DNA of 34,022 nt from Alphaproteobacteria bacterium (GTDB lineage: Bacteria; Pseudomonadota; Alphaproteobacteria; MED-G09): NCBI GenBank assembly GCA_018658685.1, contig JABHUT010000145.1, forward strand, positions 1 through 34,022, in the 5' to 3' direction. Numbering within the stretch: the first letter of the stretch is position 1; each line of letters opens with the position of its first letter. Below the pieces are notes generated by a model, which saw only the letters and a list, made by a program, of their open reading frames with translations, was not told where the DNA came from and ran no database searches. Position numbers and translations under genes: made by a program. This document shows positions 32,652 to 34,022 of the stretch, in pieces.

Positions 32652-34022
32652 ATGATTAATATTGGTCTTACAACGGCAAAACAAGCAGAGCTTCGTCCAA
32701 ACTCTTGGGCTGTATATGATCAGACTTCAGGAAAAAGAATAACATTTTTTGAGTTGGATGAATTAGTTAAAAAGACTGCTAATGGCCTTATGAGCCTTGA
32801 TTTAAAGAAAGGTGATAGAGTTTCGATTCTTTCACAAAATTCGATTGAATTTCTATCCCTCTTTTTTGCTTGTGGACGGGTTGGTTTGGTTGCTCATGCG
32901 CTAAATTGGCGATTGGGTGTGGATGAGTTAGCTCAGATATTAAAAAATGGCGAACCTAGTGTGATTATAACTCAGGGTAAGTTTCAAAGTGTAGCTAAAG
33001 ATTTACAGAAGAAGATAGATTTTATTGACCATTGGTTGGAGTATGATGTTGATAGTGATCATTCTTTTAATTTGTTATTAGATAAGTCACCGTCAACAGA
33101 GCCAATAGTAGCAGAAGATATTGGTGACGAAGATCCTTTTTTTATTTTGTATACGGGTGGAACAACTGGCGTTTCCAAAGGGGCTTTGCATACTCATAAA
33201 TCTGCATATTTTGGTATGTTAAACCAAACAGTTGCTGAACGAATAGTGCCTTCAGATGTCTATATGCTTACGGGTCAAATGTTTCATATTCCTGTTTTGT
33301 TGGCTATGAATTACACCTCTCACGGTTGCCCCATTGTTTTGATGAATTTCGATGCTGAACTTGCACTGAATCTTATTCAGGAAGAAAAGGTCTCTGGATT
33401 TCTTGGAATTACAACAATGCTTAATTGGATGCTAGCAGTTGAAGGTTTCGATAACTTTGATTTATCAAGCTTAAGGTGCGTTCAATATGGAGGTGGTCCA
33501 ATGCCAACTCGAGTAATAGAGGAAGTTCTTCAGAAACTTCCTGGTGGTATTATTCAGGGTTATGGACAAACAGAAGGAACTACTATGACATTTCTTTCTC
33601 AAGAAGATCATATTAATGCAGTAAACGGCATTCATCCTGAAAGACTTAAATCTTGTGGTCGAGCAGGATATGTTACATCTGTTCTTGTTGTTGGGCCTGA
33701 TGGAAAGCCTGTCCCAAATGACAATAAAACACCTGGTGAAATAATAGTTAAGTCTGATGCAAATATGGTTGGTTATTATCGTCAACAAGAGTTAACCGAT
33801 AAATGTATAAAAGATGGATGGATGTGGACAGGCGATATAGCAACCTGGGATGATGAGCAATATATTTTTATTAAGGATAGGGCAAAAGATATGATTATAT
33901 CTGGCGGCGAGAATATATACTCTGTTCAGGTAGAAGAGGCTGTATCACAGCATGAGGCTGTACTTGAAACTGCAGTTTTTGGAATACCTGATGATGAATG
34001 GGGTGAATCAGTTATGGCTTAT
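32652..34022 (+). CDS. AMP-dependent acyl-CoA synthetase/ligase, 5' 457 codons; continues beyond window end
   Basis: Not in the ORF track because there is no stop in the window. Hand translation from ATG 32652 gives MINIGLTTAKQAELRPNSWAVYDQTSGKRITFFELDELVKK... with YTGGTTGVSKG, GYGQTEGT, TGDIATWDDEQYIFIKDRAKDMIISGGENIYSVQVE and FGIPDDEWGESVMAY at the edge. The frame is open for exactly 1371 nt. Confidence 0.85.
   Translation, partial: MINIGLTTAKQAELRPNSWAVYDQTSGKRITFFELDELVKKTANGLMSLDLKKGDRVSILSQNSIEFLSLFFACGRVGLVAHALNWRLGVDELAQILKNGEPSVIITQGKFQSVAKDLQKKIDFIDHWLEYDVDSDHSFNLLLDKSPSTEPIVAEDIGDEDPFFILYTGGTTGVSKGALHTHKSAYFGMLNQTVAERIVPSDVYMLTGQMFHIPVLLAMNYTSHGCPIVLMNFDAELALNLIQEEKVSGFLGITTMLNWMLAVEGFDNFDLSSLRCVQYGGGPMPTRVIEEVLQKLPGGIIQGYGQTEGTTMTFLSQEDHINAVNGIHPERLKSCGRAGYVTSVLVVGPDGKPVPNDNKTPGEIIVKSDANMVGYYRQQELTDKCIKDGWMWTGDIATWDDEQYIFIKDRAKDMIISGGENIYSVQVEEAVSQHEAVLETAVFGIPDDEWGESVMAY

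Noticed and set aside
33471-33788. 105-aa minus-strand ORF, the only track ORF after 32525
   Set aside because: The plus strand here is an uninterrupted acyl-CoA ligase reading frame (32652 to window end) with AMP-binding motifs. The minus ORF is its shadow.
1-34022. Mobile element, genomic-island boundary, CRISPR array, tRNA/rRNA or other structured RNA gene
   Set aside because: I saw no transposase, integrase or phage ORFs and no long direct or inverted terminal repeats. There are no regularly spaced repeats, no non-coding stretch longer than ~160 nt, and no visible compositional shift along the window.

Overview
Visibly AT-rich, very tightly packed bacterial chromosomal DNA: 0-20 nt spacers, three convergent gene pairs with overlapping stop codons, and several TTG/GTG starts. 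The style suggests a streamlined marine Gram-negative (lipoprotein OMP, RND pump, secreted PQQ enzymes), but the taxon is inference only. I see no rRNA, tRNA, CRISPR, transposase/integrase or phage genes. Non-coding DNA is limited to about a dozen short spacers. Layout: (1) 1-3003(-): OMP/adaptor/RND efflux operon. (2) 3161-5068(+): MaoC hydratase / SDR / HCCA-isomerase-like operon. (3) 5154-7269: sigma-54-like promoter, TorF-type porin, ammonium transporter, bidirectional hairpin terminator. (4) 7268-22460: acyl-CoA catabolic block. It holds a GlcD-type FAD oxidase + ACAD (-), a CoA-ligase / DUF35 / SCPx-type thiolase-like / ene-reductase operon (+), a SnoaL-like gene (-), and an 8-gene operon ACAD-alpha / ACAD-beta / MaoC / Rieske oxygenase / PECR-like SDR / MDR / TPP-E1alpha / E1beta (+). 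(5) 22457-34022: TetR-linked block. It holds a cytochrome-c-fused PVADH-like PQQ dehydrogenase, a split hot-dog hydratase, two tandem ABM-like paralogs + SnoaL_4, an anchor-less GDH-family PQQ dehydrogenase, MAPEG, VOC, an NTF2-like gene, and two more acyl-CoA ligases. The last ligase runs off the window end and is absent from the ORF track. Headline hypothesis (inference): the window is a crotonase-free, (R)-specific, peroxisome-like oxidation island for methyl-branched (phytol/isoprenoid-type or sterol side-chain-type) substrates. It is fed by periplasmic PQQ alcohol oxidation and contains several unassigned small-enzyme modules: a tandem ABM pair, a split hot-dog pair and an orphan TPP E1. 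All family calls rest on motifs read by eye from the translations. No database search was run.
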